This document shows, one piece after another, positions 52,350 to 52,951 of a DNA stretch of 52,951 nucleotides. The DNA comes from Octopus sinensis. Taxonomy: Eukaryota. The notes beneath the pieces are model-generated. The model saw only the letters and a list, made by a program, of their open reading frames with translations, searched no databases and was not told where the DNA came from. Location of the stretch: the NCBI RefSeq assembly GCF_006345805.1, contig NW_021833906.1, positions 1 through 52,951 on the forward strand. The letters are read 5' to 3'. A program made the translations under genes and the position numbers. How positions within the stretch are numbered: position 1 is the stretch's first letter; every line of letters begins with the position of its first letter.

Positions 52350-52388
<39 letters not shown>

Positions 52389-52779
52389 CATAACAGAATA
52401 TACTTCAACACACCAACTCACATAAAGAATCTTGCAAACCAAATCCCAAAACGAAATATATATATATCTTTTACTTGTTTCAGTCATTGGACTGTGGCCA
52501 TGCTGGGGTACTGCCTTGAAGAATTTTTTGTTGAATGAATTGACTCCAGAACTCTTGATTTTTGTAGCTGGGTATGTATTCTATAGGAGTCTTTTGCTGA
52601 ACTGCTAAGTTACAGGGATGTAAACAAACCAACACCAGTGGTCAAGCAGTGAAGCAGAGGACAAACACACACACACACACATACATACAATAATAATAAT
52701 TATAATAATAATAATAATAACAATTTAATAATAATAATAATAATAATAACAACAACAATTTAATAATAATAATAACAAT

Positions 52780-52811
<32 letters not shown>

Positions 52812-52823
52812 TTAATAATAATT

Positions 52824-52858
<35 letters not shown>

Positions 52859-52951
52859 CAATAATAATATAATAATAATAATAATAATAACAACAACAAT
52901 AATAATAATAATGATAACAACTACAATAATAATAATAATAATAATAATAAT
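51075..52951. repeat. (TA)n/(CA)n/(CT)n and terminal (AAT)n microsatellites
   Basis: Directly visible. Confidence 0.9.

Overview
This 53-kb window is AT-rich, non-coding eukaryotic DNA made almost entirely of microsatellites and interspersed repeats. The repeat families look like those of octopus/coleoid cephalopod genomes (inference from recognition, not a search). No intact protein-coding gene is supported, and almost all listed ORFs are artefacts of stop-free microsatellites. Real coding remnants are: a CR1-type LINE reverse transcriptase (RT) fragment, several R4/Dong-type restriction-like endonuclease (RLE) 3' fragments sitting in (AAT)n tracts, RTE-type LINE 3' ends with 67-bp internal tandem repeats, and an internally deleted DD37D (maT) Tc1/mariner element. 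At least three tRNA-headed SINE families and hAT- and mariner-type MITEs are also present. The most notable signal is a set of unrelated 180-500 bp fold-back (inverted-repeat) elements whose arms carry minimal type I hammerhead ribozyme motifs. These have the form CUGAUGA...GAAA with a palindromic stem III, as described for Penelope-like retroelements. Clean motifs lie at 28502-28547(-), 30947-30998(+), 41279-41323(+) and 46779-46826(+), with several degenerate or variant ones elsewhere. One of these elements is fused to a tRNA-like Pol III head. Other points of interest are a ~555-bp ORF-less element that always sits in (ATT)n tracts, a possible Gly/Tyr-rich terminal exon on the minus strand, and a 3.6-kb compound satellite.
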